A DNA stretch of 36,962 nt from a virus (Duplodnaviria > Heunggongvirae > Uroviricota > Caudoviricetes), in the IMG/VR virus record IMGVR_UViG_2534681703_000017; one strand, written 5' to 3'. The position numbers and the translations under genes were made by a program. The notes under the pieces are model-generated. The model did no database searches. It saw only the letters and a list, made by a program, of their open reading frames with translations, and was not told where the DNA came from. This document shows, one piece after another, positions 1 through 8,499 of the stretch. The stretch's first letter is position 1. Each line of letters starts with the position of its first letter.

Positions 1-172
1 TTTTTTGCGCTCAAATCTGGACGGTTTTAATCATTAATGGCAGATAATTGATCGCGTTTTAAATGCTTTTAAAACGGGCTTTATCCAGTACCCGTTCCCT
101 CTTCTCATTTCTTAGTTTTGATGTGGTTGTTGCTGATTAGTTAGCAGTATGCGCCCCGCCAAAACGAGGCGC

Positions 173-850
173 TCATGCTAATTTTTTGCTTACAGGCTTC
201 GTTTCTTGCTCCGGCGTGGCAACGGTCTGACCACCAGGCGACCCAGCCCGTGCACGAGATTCGATGCGTCGCAAAATCTCTTTGTCAGTTTCTTCATTAC
301 CAGCCAATGCCATGCAAATAGCGTCTTTAAGCGATTCCCTGATGTTTAGGCTTCTGATGGCAGTCTCTTGTTCGTCCAGGTCGCTGTCGGCCTGCATAGC
401 TTGCCTGGTGGGTTGTTGTAAGCGTTCCAAGACTCCTTTGATACCGATGTTGTAAAAAACATCAAGCAAAACATCTAAATCTTGAGCATTCATGCGCTGT
501 AATAGGAGATTTAATTCTGTTCTTTCGGTCGGATTTTGTTGCGGATTATTGTTTTCTGTAGCGGATTTTCCTGAAATTAACCACTCTACGGGAACATTGC
601 ATGCATGAGCCACCAAAGCTGCGCTGTCTATACCTGGGTAGATCTTCCCCTGCACGTACTTTCGTATTGTGGCTTCAGATAACCCACTCAGTTTTGACAG
701 TGTCATGTAATTTAATCCGCTGCCTTCCATAGCTGATTTAAGGCGCTCGCCGAAGCGGATTATATCCATAGCCTCAATAATCCGTTCTTTCTCGGTTTGC
801 TTGCTTGCGGTTTTATCTGCGTAACCGTTTCTTTTTAAAGAGTTTTTCAT
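173..850 (-). CDS. Prophage repressor (Mu c-like position), XRE-type helix-turn-helix
   Basis: 225-aa ORF on minus strand, divergent from ner/A/B; N-terminal HTH-like segment (LSKLSGLSEATIRKYVQGK...VPVEWL); operator repeats lie between it and ner. Family assignment from memory only. Confidence 0.65.
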   Translation of the reverse strand: MKNSLKRNGYADKTASKQTEKERIIEAMDIIRFGERLKSAMEGSGLNYMTLSKLSGLSEATIRKYVQGKIYPGIDSAALVAHACNVPVEWLISGKSATENNNPQQNPTERTELNLLLQRMNAQDLDVLLDVFYNIGIKGVLERLQQPTRQAMQADSDLDEQETAIRSLNIRESLKDAICMALAGNEETDKEILRRIESRARAGSPGGQTVATPEQETKPVSKKLA

Positions 851-867
851 ATTGCACCTGTGGCATA

Positions 868-916
868 CAAAAATCCGTCAAGACAAATACAAAAATCCGT
901 TGACAGCGGATTTTTG
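868..916. promoter_or_regulatory. Operator-like repeats: CAAAAATCCGT direct repeat at 868-878 and 890-900 plus inverted copy CGGATTTTTG at 907-916
   Basis: Seen directly in sequence; sits between the divergent repressor and ner starts and overlaps the putative rightward promoter. Confidence 0.5.
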
Positions 917-928
917 TTTCACTAGGAT
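900..928 (+). promoter_or_regulatory. Putative sigma70 early promoter (Pe-like): -35 TTGACA 900-905, 17-nt spacer, -10 TAGGAT 923-928
   Basis: Hexamers and spacing read from sequence; located about 60 nt upstream of the ner start, with a GGAGAGG RBS just before the ATG at 989. Confidence 0.45.
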
Positions 929-988
929 TTATCACATCAGATAAATGGTTTTGATTATCTGAATCGATAAATTGGAGAGGATCACACA

Positions 989-1261
989 ATGCAGTTATCG
1001 AGACAAGATCTAACTGACTTGTTTGTTCGTCGCGGACAAGACTGGTCTAGCAAAGCAATTGCAGCCGCCCTTGATAATAAAGGGGTTGATATCACTACGA
1101 TGGAGCGTGTACGCGGCTTAAAACCTGGTGCAATGCGTAACGTGTTTTATCGCCGCGTACCTGCATATGAATCAGCAATTGCAGAAGCAATTGGTGTGGA
1201 ACCGGAAGTTATCTGGCCATCACGTTATCGGAATAAAAATCCGCATAGCAACGCTGCATAG
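989..1261 (+). CDS. ner: Ner/Nlp-family DNA-binding regulator
   Basis: 90-aa ORF immediately upstream of the transposase; C-terminal EAIGVEPEVIWPSRY matches the Ner/Nlp signature (..DPWVIWPSRY) as remembered. Confidence 0.7.
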   Translation: MQLSRQDLTDLFVRRGQDWSSKAIAAALDNKGVDITTMERVRGLKPGAMRNVFYRRVPAYESAIAEAIGVEPEVIWPSRYRNKNPHSNAA

Positions 1262-1269
1262 GTGATGTT

Positions 1270-3312
1270 ATGTGGATTACAGCAAAAGAGTGTGCTGGCA
1301 TTGGAGGGCTACCAACACGTGAACACAATGTCAGAGCACGTCTAGATCGTGTAATTGAGAATAAACCTGAATTAAGGCGCAAGCGTGAAGGCACAAAAGC
1401 ATTCGAGTATCACATCGACTGCCTGCCCGCTGAAGCGGAGAAAGTTTTACGTAAGCGCCTGACCCATCAGGTCCTGGAAGATACGCAACTGCCCGCCGTG
1501 GTTGAGCAGAAGGCAGTTAAAAACGTTACCGTTCGCGATGAACTGGAGGTGATGGTCAAATGCCCGGAACTGGCATTACGCGAAGTTCAGGCACTGACTG
1601 ACAAGCAAAAAGCCATCGCAGATGCGCGGATATTGCTGGCTACCGAAGTGCATAAACTGCGTGAATACGCAGGAATGTCCAGGACGGCGGCGATAAAACA
1701 CATCGTTGATGGTATCCGGCAGGAGGCTTTGCCCGAGCGTGTTATTGTGGCAGGTAATACCGCCAATGCCCGACAGGGTAAGCGAACTGGCGTCAGTACA
1801 GGGAGTTTACAGGAATGGTATTCCGCCTGGCTGATGGCGCGCGGTGATGCCAATCAGTTACTGGCGTTACTGGCTCCCGGTCATCATAAGGGGACACCGT
1901 GGGAGCAGGTCTGGTGGTTGAGCGATTTCTTAATGTTCTATCGCTCATGGAAGCGCCCGACCGTTGAATATGCGTATCGCGAGTTTTCAGCCTGGTGGCA
2001 TGAAAAACACGCGAATGATGCGGGAATGCTGGCAGCACTGCCTTCAGTTCATGCAGTAAGACGGGTGTTAAGCAGCGTCCCGGTGATTGTTAAAGAGCGT
2101 TTCCGCTCCACCGGTTCAGCCTGGCGTTCGCTCAATCCCTTTGTGCGGCGCGACTGGACATCATTACCGGTTAATGCGGTATGGGTCGGGGATGGTCACT
2201 GTATGAAAATGACCGCGTTTAACCCCCTGACCGGCAATATTTTCCGGCCAGAAGTAACGCTGGTTATGGATGCGGGACAACGCTTTGTTGTGGGCTGGTC
2301 ACTGTCCCTGTCGGAGAACGTGATAGCCGTTGCTGATGCGTTACGTTACGGCATGGCGCAGCACGGGATACCGCTGGTTTATTACTCCGATAACGGGGGC
2401 GGTGAAAAAAACCGGGTGCTTGATGCCGATATTACCGGGATTCTGCCCCGGCTGGGTGTGGAACATCACACGGGGATACCAGGTAACCCGCAGGGGCGCG
2501 GGGTGATTGAAAGGCTTAATAAGGAAATTCCCCGGGATGTGGCCCTGAGTTTCCAGACGTACTGCTCAAAGGGAGCAGACAAGGAAACCGTAATGATGCA
2601 GCAACGGATTATGCAGTCAGCCATTAAGGCCACCCACAAAGGGAAAGAACTGACAAAACGGCAGGTTAAGGCGAGGGATGAAATCCCCACCTTTGAGCAG
2701 CTGATGGCAGCTATAGAGCTGGAGGTCAGACGCTATAACAACCGACCACACAGCAGCCTTCCCCGCAAAGAGGATGGCGAATATTACAGCCCGGCAGCGT
2801 ATCGCCGGAAACTGATAAAAGAGCAGAATGTTGAAATTGATTTCCTGTCGCCGGAAGAACTGCATGAAATGTTCAGACCGGAAGTGACGCGCAAAACATT
2901 TCGCGGGGAAATTCAGTTATTCAACAATATTTATTACTCGTATGAGCTGGCCGCAGAGCACGGGAATGAAGTCAGGGTCAGTTACGATATTCATGATGCA
3001 AACAGCGTCATTGTCCGGCGGGCTGATGGCTCTTATATCTGCGATGCCATCTGGAACGGTAACAAGGTTGATGCCTTCGCTAAACCAGTTATCGAACAAA
3101 AACTGGAGAAACGCGTCAGAGGCCGCATTGCACGGGCCACGCAGAAAATCGAAGAGGCTAAACGCGAGCTTACCCCGGCTATTACGCAGAAACCTGACTT
3201 TAATTTTGGATTTGGTCTGGAGCGCCCGGAGAAAAAGGATAAAGAAGAACTTTATTTATTTGCATCTGAACGCGAACGCAATTTAAAGAAAAACGGCACA
3301 AACAACCGTTAA
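1270..3312 (+). CDS. A: MuA-like DDE transposase
   Basis: 680 aa, position after ner and before a MuB-like ATPase; candidate DDE residues in VGDGHC, YYSDNGGG and GVIERLNKE contexts; N-terminal ...AKECAGIGGLP resembles the MuA N-terminus. Confidence 0.85.
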   Translation: MWITAKECAGIGGLPTREHNVRARLDRVIENKPELRRKREGTKAFEYHIDCLPAEAEKVLRKRLTHQVLEDTQLPAVVEQKAVKNVTVRDELEVMVKCPELALREVQALTDKQKAIADARILLATEVHKLREYAGMSRTAAIKHIVDGIRQEALPERVIVAGNTANARQGKRTGVSTGSLQEWYSAWLMARGDANQLLALLAPGHHKGTPWEQVWWLSDFLMFYRSWKRPTVEYAYREFSAWWHEKHANDAGMLAALPSVHAVRRVLSSVPVIVKERFRSTGSAWRSLNPFVRRDWTSLPVNAVWVGDGHCMKMTAFNPLTGNIFRPEVTLVMDAGQRFVVGWSLSLSENVIAVADALRYGMAQHGIPLVYYSDNGGGEKNRVLDADITGILPRLGVEHHTGIPGNPQGRGVIERLNKEIPRDVALSFQTYCSKGADKETVMMQQRIMQSAIKATHKGKELTKRQVKARDEIPTFEQLMAAIELEVRRYNNRPHSSLPRKEDGEYYSPAAYRRKLIKEQNVEIDFLSPEELHEMFRPEVTRKTFRGEIQLFNNIYYSYELAAEHGNEVRVSYDIHDANSVIVRRADGSYICDAIWNGNKVDAFAKPVIEQKLEKRVRGRIARATQKIEEAKRELTPAITQKPDFNFGFGLERPEKKDKEELYLFASERERNLKKNGTNNR

Positions 3313-3330
3313 TTTAAAAGGTATTTAATT

Positions 3331-4224
3331 ATGAGTTTAATTACGCAATTAAATGACGTAATGGCCCGTCGCGGCTATACGCAGACCCACGTCGCCCGTG
3401 CTATTGGTCGTAGCAGCGCCGTTATCAACCAGTATTTACAGGGTAAATATCAGGGCGATATGGCTGATATTGAAGAACGCATTTCTGCCTTCGTGACCCG
3501 TGAGCGGGAAAAGGAAAACAGCCGCCGTATTAAAGCAAAGTTTGTGACCACCGGTATGGCTGCCAAAGGACTGGAGGTGCTGGCCTACGCTCACCTGGAA
3601 TGTGAAATCTGTGTGCTGTATGGCGCGGCAGGTCTTGGCAAAACAATGATTCTGCGTGAATACGCCTCCAGAAACCGGGATGCGGTCCTGATTGAGGCTG
3701 ACCCGGGCTATACAGCCAGGACACTGCTTGAGGAGTTGTGCCGCCAGCTGGGGGTAAAGGTTCGCGGCAACATTCACGAACTGATTGATGCCTGTGTGCG
3801 CGAACTGCGTGATTCCGGTCGTCTGCTGATGGTGGACGAGGCTGAACTGCTCCCCTATCGCGCACTGGAGGTTCTGCGCCGTCTGCATGACAAAGCGGGT
3901 ATCGGGGTTGTCCTGGCGGGTATGCCTCGTCTTCTGATTAATCTCAAGGGGCGTCGTGGTGAATTTGCGCAGTTATACAGCCGCGTGGCGCTGGCGCTTA
4001 ACCTGGGCGACATGCTGGCGCAGGAAGATTTTAACCAGATAGCCACCGGGCTGATGCCGGAAGCAGCAGAACGGGAAATCAGCGAGGCGCTTTACGCACG
4101 CTCGCTGGGTAATGCCCGCCGCCTGTTCAAACTGGCGCGTGGTGTGTACCGGATTTGTGATATCAGCGATGCGCCGGTCAGTGTGCAGGCCATTGATAAA
4201 TTCGCAGAAATGTTAATTCACTGA
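3331..4224 (+). CDS. B: MuB-like AAA+ ATPase (transposition target protein)
   Basis: 297 aa directly downstream of the transposase; Walker A GAAGLGKT; Walker B-like LLMVDEAE. Confidence 0.8.
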   Translation: MSLITQLNDVMARRGYTQTHVARAIGRSSAVINQYLQGKYQGDMADIEERISAFVTREREKENSRRIKAKFVTTGMAAKGLEVLAYAHLECEICVLYGAAGLGKTMILREYASRNRDAVLIEADPGYTARTLLEELCRQLGVKVRGNIHELIDACVRELRDSGRLLMVDEAELLPYRALEVLRRLHDKAGIGVVLAGMPRLLINLKGRRGEFAQLYSRVALALNLGDMLAQEDFNQIATGLMPEAAEREISEALYARSLGNARRLFKLARGVYRICDISDAPVSVQAIDKFAEMLIH

Positions 4225-4463
4225 TGGAGAACAAGATGATGGACAAGCAGACCATTAACGCCGTCCGTTCCCGTGCCCGTGTGGCCATCCACACCACCGG
4301 CGGTCGCGTAACTGGGCAACATCACCGTTTACCTGTGGTTTATGCCTGCCCGCCCGTGGGCGGCCCTGTATGGCCGGTAACGGAAATCATCCAGACATTC
4401 AGCGGCCTGCGCCGCGTGGTGAAAACGTCCTGTATCGACGGCTGCACCGTCGTATGGCAATAA
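4224..4463 (+). CDS. Hypothetical early protein (79 aa)
   Basis: ORF in operon context; start overlaps the B stop (ATGA). No recognisable motif. Confidence 0.4.
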   Translation: MENKMMDKQTINAVRSRARVAIHTTGGRVTGQHHRLPVVYACPPVGGPVWPVTEIIQTFSGLRRVVKTSCIDGCTVVWQ

Positions 4464-4475
4464 GAGGAAATCAGA

Positions 4476-4691
4476 ATGGCGGTTAAGTTAGAAGTAATTA
4501 TCTATACCGATGAAAAAGGCTGTGTTTTAACCCAGACCACGGGGAGTTATTCGAAGGACGGAGCTTCCGAAAAGGAGTTTCAGGTGGCAACAAGATTACA
4601 TGATGCTATCAAGGAAACGCTCAGAAATGACTATAACGGCGTGAATCTTTTTTCTGAAAATGTTGCGCCTCGCGCACATAACACACATTAA
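4476..4691 (+). CDS. Hypothetical early protein (71 aa)
   Basis: ORF in operon context; AGGAAA-like RBS a few nt upstream. Confidence 0.4.
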   Translation: MAVKLEVIIYTDEKGCVLTQTTGSYSKDGASEKEFQVATRLHDAIKETLRNDYNGVNLFSENVAPRAHNTH

Positions 4692-4720
4692 TCTGTAAAT
4701 ATCACTGAGGTAATTTAATT

Positions 4721-5365
4721 ATGACGACTGAAAATAAAGTTAAGCAATACACGAAAACTCAAGCGCCTGAAGGTTACTGGGTGGATGCCCGTGGCGTAAT
4801 GACACCTGAAAGCCTTATCAAAGATATTGACCGCGACCGCGAGCAGCTGGTCGGTGAGCTTGTGGAGATGGTGATTACTGCCTCCGCCTCACTGCGGGAA
4901 CTGAAACTGCGTGCGTTTGGTGATATCCAGGCATTTATTGACCTGTCGGCAGAGAAATACGGTGCTGTGAAAGGCGGCAAAAAAGGGAATATCACGCTTT
5001 ACAGCTTTGACGGGCGTTACAAGATTCAGCGCGCCATGCAGGACCGTATCGCGTTTGATGAACGCATTCAGACCGCGAAGGCGCTGATTGACGACTGTCT
5101 GGCTGACTGGACGGAAGGTGCGCGCCCTGAAATTAAAGCCATCATCAGTGAGGCATTCAGCACGGACAAGGAAGGCAACATCAACACCGGGCGCGTTCTG
5201 GCCCTGCGTCGCCTCGAAATTGAGGACGAACGCTGGAATAACGCCATGTCGCTGATTGGTGAAGCCGTCCAGGTGATTGGCAGCAAGAGCTATATTCGTG
5301 TGTATGAGCGCGTTGGTGATTCTGATGAATACCGCGCAATCCCTCTTGATATTGCAGGGGTTTAA
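4721..5365 (+). CDS. DUF3164-like protein of Mu-like phages
   Basis: 214-aa ORF in the early region; overall resemblance to the DUF3164 family seen in Mu-like prophages (recollection, not searched). Confidence 0.5.
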   Translation: MTTENKVKQYTKTQAPEGYWVDARGVMTPESLIKDIDRDREQLVGELVEMVITASASLRELKLRAFGDIQAFIDLSAEKYGAVKGGKKGNITLYSFDGRYKIQRAMQDRIAFDERIQTAKALIDDCLADWTEGARPEIKAIISEAFSTDKEGNINTGRVLALRRLEIEDERWNNAMSLIGEAVQVIGSKSYIRVYERVGDSDEYRAIPLDIAGV

Positions 5366-5366
5366 T

Positions 5367-5600
5367 ATGCATCAGAATATCAAAGAGTACAGAGCCGGAA
5401 ATAGTTGCGCGGCGTATTCGCTGGGCGCGTCCAGAGCAGAACAACGCGGCGATTATGACGAGGCAGAAAAACTGTGGCGCAAGGCAGCGCAAAGCCCGTG
5501 TAGCACCCTGCGCCGCACCTGGGCTGAACATCGTGCGGAGTTCTGCGCTAACGCTCACCTGAAGGGATGGAGGCCACGCCATGAATGCGAAGAACTTTAA
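5367..5600 (+). CDS. Hypothetical protein (78 aa)
   Basis: ATG at 5367 one nt after the stop of the preceding gene; in frame with track ORF 5277..5600, whose upstream part overlaps the DUF3164 gene. Confidence 0.4.
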   Translation: MHQNIKEYRAGNSCAAYSLGASRAEQRGDYDEAEKLWRKAAQSPCSTLRRTWAEHRAEFCANAHLKGWRPRHECEEL

Positions 5601-5772
5601 TAAGTTATATCCGCTTGGTACTCGTTTCATGCACATTGCACATCAGGCGGTGCGTGGTGGGCGGGTGGTAAAAACTGTTGCACCGGCCAGAGATTTTAAA
5701 TGTGGTTGTGTGATTGAAATTAATGTCGAGCCTTATTTCGTAAAAGTCGAAACACTGAAAGCACCGCATTAA
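5581..5772 (+). CDS. Hypothetical protein (63 aa)
   Basis: Track ORF overlapping the end of the preceding gene; operon context only. Confidence 0.3.
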   Translation: MNAKNFNKLYPLGTRFMHIAHQAVRGGRVVKTVAPARDFKCGCVIEINVEPYFVKVETLKAPH

Positions 5773-5780
5773 TTTAATTT

Positions 5781-5848
5781 GTTTTTAATTGTTATTTAAA
5801 ACAGGCGTAAACCCGCCGGGGCTGGCTTACGCCTGAATCTGGAGGATT
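5781..5848 (+). repeat. Leader element copy 1: AT-rich block, hairpin GGCGTAA-N16-TTACGCC (5804-5833), then TGAATCTGGAGGATT carrying the RBS
   Basis: Near-identical ~65-bp element repeated at 6407-6472; each copy ends 6-10 nt before a start codon. Confidence 0.6.
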
Positions 5849-5853
5849 TGTAT

Positions 5854-6399
5854 ATGAAAGATAAAGTCTGGGATTTTATTGTTGCTCCTGAAGGTTTTGC
5901 CACCCGTTCATCTGAGAAGTTAACCAATGTAACGTTATGGGCATCATCATTGCTGGGCCATCTGGGAGCACCTGCCGATTTTATGTATGTGGTACTTGAT
6001 GCGCAGATTGCCGGAAATGCTGTGGCCAGTAATGGGGCTTATATTCAGGGGGATTTGTTCGCCATGATGGCGAATGACACAGCAGCGCTGTATATCGCCA
6101 CACGGAACATACTGACAAGAATATCCATGCTGTCTGACTGTAAGGATATGGAAGACCTCGCATACATCCTTGAAGATGATTTGCTCACTATTTCAGGTGT
6201 GCAGGAATCCCTCTCGCGTCAGTTGCGGTTTATTGAACTGATGGAGTCATATAAAGATAAGCCTGATTTTTTTCAGATTCGATTCAGCGGGATGGAACTG
6301 CTGGATAAATATTATCCGCTGGATTCGATTGCCCGTGATGTGAAGGCGTTCGTTAAGTCTGTTGGCCGCCATTACTGGAAAGCTGAACGTCGTAGTTAA
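5854..6399 (+). CDS. Hypothetical accessory early protein (181 aa)
   Basis: ATG at 5854 lies 8 nt after GGAGG (5841-5845); the track start at 5848 is a TTG in the same frame. No recognised domain. Confidence 0.5.
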   Translation: MKDKVWDFIVAPEGFATRSSEKLTNVTLWASSLLGHLGAPADFMYVVLDAQIAGNAVASNGAYIQGDLFAMMANDTAALYIATRNILTRISMLSDCKDMEDLAYILEDDLLTISGVQESLSRQLRFIELMESYKDKPDFFQIRFSGMELLDKYYPLDSIARDVKAFVKSVGRHYWKAERRS

Positions 6400-6406
6400 T
6401 AAGTCT

Positions 6407-6472
6407 GTTTTTAATTTTATTTGTATATGGCGTAAACCCGCCGGGGCTGGCTTACGCCTGAATCTGAGGGAT
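6407..6472 (+). repeat. Leader element copy 2: hairpin 6429-6458 plus TGAATCTGAGGGATT
   Basis: Second copy of the 5781-5848 element, immediately upstream of the gene at 6478. Confidence 0.6.
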
Positions 6473-6477
6473 TCATT

Positions 6478-7194
6478 ATGGAAAATAAAAGCAAATACAT
6501 CGCCAAAATTAAAAAGCTGTTACGCCTTGCCAGAGGAACATCAAGCCCGGAAGAAGCCGCTAACGCTATTGCAAAAGCCCAGGCTTATATGCGCCAGCAT
6601 GGCATCAGCGAAAACGACGCTGAATTGTTCGACATTCAGGAAGCTGCCAGCGCGGGTGCGCCGAGTGATGCCAGTACACCGCCGCGTTATATGCACATCC
6701 TGTGTGACCTGGTCTGTAAAGCCTTCGGTGTCGAGTGTTACATCTCCGGCGAATACCGGGCTTCTGGTTCACTCAAACGTTACGTTCGTTTTTATGGTCC
6801 TGACAGCCGCCCGGAAATTGCGGCATATGCGTTTGATGTGCTTTCCCGTCAGATGATGGCAGAGCGCAAGAAATATCAGGATAAACACTGCAAACGTTGC
6901 GGCCCGTCCACGCGGGTGGCCCGTGGCGACCAGTTCTGCGAAGGCTGGGTCTTTGGTGCCCGTGATGTCATTGCGGTGTATGACGTCTCCCCGGAAGAAA
7001 AAAGCCGCCTTGAGCTTTACAGAAAGAACCTGCACAGCACTAAGGGACTGCGCGACGGGGATATGCGCACAGCTAAAGCGTGCCGGGGTGCAGAGTTTGC
7101 CGCTACTGCCGGTTTTATCGCCGGGAAAAACGCCAGACTGCATCAGGGGGTTAATGGTCAGAGCAACAAAACGCTGGCACTGGGGAGGGTGTAA
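6478..7194 (+). CDS. DUF2786-like protein
   Basis: N-terminal KIKKLLRLARGTSSPEEAANAIAKAQAYM resembles the DUF2786 signature as remembered; Cys-containing C-terminal half (CKRCG...CEGW). Confidence 0.5.
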   Translation: MENKSKYIAKIKKLLRLARGTSSPEEAANAIAKAQAYMRQHGISENDAELFDIQEAASAGAPSDASTPPRYMHILCDLVCKAFGVECYISGEYRASGSLKRYVRFYGPDSRPEIAAYAFDVLSRQMMAERKKYQDKHCKRCGPSTRVARGDQFCEGWVFGARDVIAVYDVSPEEKSRLELYRKNLHSTKGLRDGDMRTAKACRGAEFAATAGFIAGKNARLHQGVNGQSNKTLALGRV

Positions 7195-7196
7195 CG

Positions 7197-7424
7197 ATGG
7201 CTTTTAAACTTCTCAGTGTTACCGAAGCAATATACCAGCCGCCCGGAGAACGCCACGAATACAGGATGAATGACGGTAGCGCGGCGGTTGAGTTCCCCGG
7301 ATATCCGGGGGCTTCCCGGTGGCGGTTCTATGACAGTGCGGGACGCCGGATTATTAAAAGAATCGTGCACAACGCCATGAAAGCCGCTGTAGAACGTCAC
7401 AAAAGGAGGTTTAACTGCAAATGA
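7197..7424 (+). CDS. Hypothetical small protein (75 aa)
   Basis: Start 3 nt after the previous stop; part of a chain of translationally coupled small ORFs. Confidence 0.4.
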   Translation: MAFKLLSVTEAIYQPPGERHEYRMNDGSAAVEFPGYPGASRWRFYDSAGRRIIKRIVHNAMKAAVERHKRRFNCK

Positions 7425-7645
7425 ATATTGAATTTTATAACTATGGGACTAAAGCAAAAATCATTGTTACCTGCTGGCTCTGGGAGTTTCGCCGCTATAA
7501 CCGGGTTGTGGATGCGGCGCTTTTTGTGGCCCCTGAAGTGCACCATCAGAGCGGTGGCGGTCTTTTAATGAGAACCGTCATCTACGGTAAGACGGTCCCG
7601 ATGTTACGGGCGTTTAAAGTGGCAAAACAGGAGGCTGCACAATGA
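7421..7645 (+). CDS. Hypothetical small protein (74 aa)
   Basis: Start overlaps the previous stop (ATGA-type coupling). Confidence 0.4.
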   Translation: MNIEFYNYGTKAKIIVTCWLWEFRRYNRVVDAALFVAPEVHHQSGGGLLMRTVIYGKTVPMLRAFKVAKQEAAQ

Positions 7646-7833
7646 GTAACGAGCACATCCATCATTATCAGCGTGATGGGTCAATTTTCATATGCCAGCG
7701 TTGCGGCACAGCAAAGCATCGTAATGGTAAATACTGGTGGGCCGGTCGCTATTCAGAATCTGAACCACCATGTGTTGATGATGTTGTGGGGCAGGATGCG
7801 TGGTTTGAAACTGCAAAAAGCGAGGAAGGATGA
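7642..7833 (+). CDS. Small CxxC-containing protein (63 aa), possible zinc ribbon
   Basis: CQRC motif plus a third Cys and several His; start overlaps the previous stop. Confidence 0.4.
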   Translation: MSNEHIHHYQRDGSIFICQRCGTAKHRNGKYWWAGRYSESEPPCVDDVVGQDAWFETAKSEEG

Positions 7834-7834
7834 G

Positions 7835-8023
7835 ATGAAAAACCGTAAGGCAAGACTGCTGATAGCAAAGCCCGGGCAGTGTATCCGTATCTCAAACAGG
7901 CTTGTTATTTACTATAGATATCTGGGTTTTAGGGGGGGTTCCTCTATTCGTTTTTACGGTGTCTGGCGGAGCAGAAGCGCGGCGCAAAACCGCTGGAGGA
8001 ATCACGGAGCAACAACACGATGA
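7835..8023 (+). CDS. Hypothetical small basic protein (62 aa)
   Basis: ATG at 7835 just after the previous stop and preceded by GGAAGGA; in frame with track ORF 7673..8023. Confidence 0.35.
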   Translation: MKNRKARLLIAKPGQCIRISNRLVIYYRYLGFRGGSSIRFYGVWRSRSAAQNRWRNHGATTR

Positions 8024-8205
8024 AAACTATCACTGTAACGGTTGAAATCGACGTTCCTGATAACGCAACGGACAATGATATTGCTGATTTTGTCGATGTC
8101 GAGTATGGGGAGTGCGGAAAAATGGCACTTGATAACCCATGCCGGACAGATGGAACGGAAATACTCGATGCCAGATGGGAACACGGACCTGATTACGCGA
8201 GGTGA
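8020..8205 (+). CDS. Hypothetical small acidic protein (61 aa)
   Basis: Start overlaps the previous stop. Confidence 0.4.
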   Translation: MKTITVTVEIDVPDNATDNDIADFVDVEYGECGKMALDNPCRTDGTEILDARWEHGPDYAR

Positions 8206-8208
8206 AAT

Positions 8209-8466
8209 ATGAGATTGGTTGACCTTTTTATTATCGCTCTGATTATTACGGTTATTGCGCTTTGCGTTACAACGGGCAAGGAACCTGATGTTCCTGGTGA
8301 TACGGGTGGGCATTGCGTGGTAAGGAGAAGTTTCATCAAAACCATTACGCATTGTGATGATGGAAGCGCCACCATGACCAGCGGCGATAAGTTTATATAC
8401 TGCTCTGCCGGGAAAGATGGCACGCCATCCTGTCATGAAGTGACGCTCAGTGATGGTGATAAATAA
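8209..8466 (+). CDS. Small exported or membrane-anchored Cys-rich protein (85 aa)
   Basis: Hydrophobic N-terminus (LVDLFIIALIITVIALCV) followed by a four-Cys soluble part. Confidence 0.4.
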   Translation: MRLVDLFIIALIITVIALCVTTGKEPDVPGDTGGHCVVRRSFIKTITHCDDGSATMTSGDKFIYCSAGKDGTPSCHEVTLSDGDK

Positions 8467-8499
8467 TTCATCATGTTGAGCGGATAATAATCATGCGCA

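Noticed and set aside
1-172. Prophage left end (attL with transposase binding sites) and host junction
   Set aside because: I could not recognise MuA-type end repeats or a terminal 5'-TG by eye; the window may start inside the prophage. The GC hairpin at 151-172 lacks a proper T-run on either strand. Left unresolved rather than called.
2942-3286. Alternative-frame ORF (114 aa) inside the transposase gene, and similar embedded ORFs at 6362..6856, 6923..7207, 10571..10822, 22133..22423, 22650..22958 and 33943..34212
   Set aside because: Embedded in the coding frames of better-supported genes, with no independent start context; treated as chance frames.
5781-6472. CRISPR-like array or integron attC-type cassette
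   Set aside because: Only two copies about 625 bp apart, each placed as a 5' leader against an RBS; no cas or integrase genes nearby.
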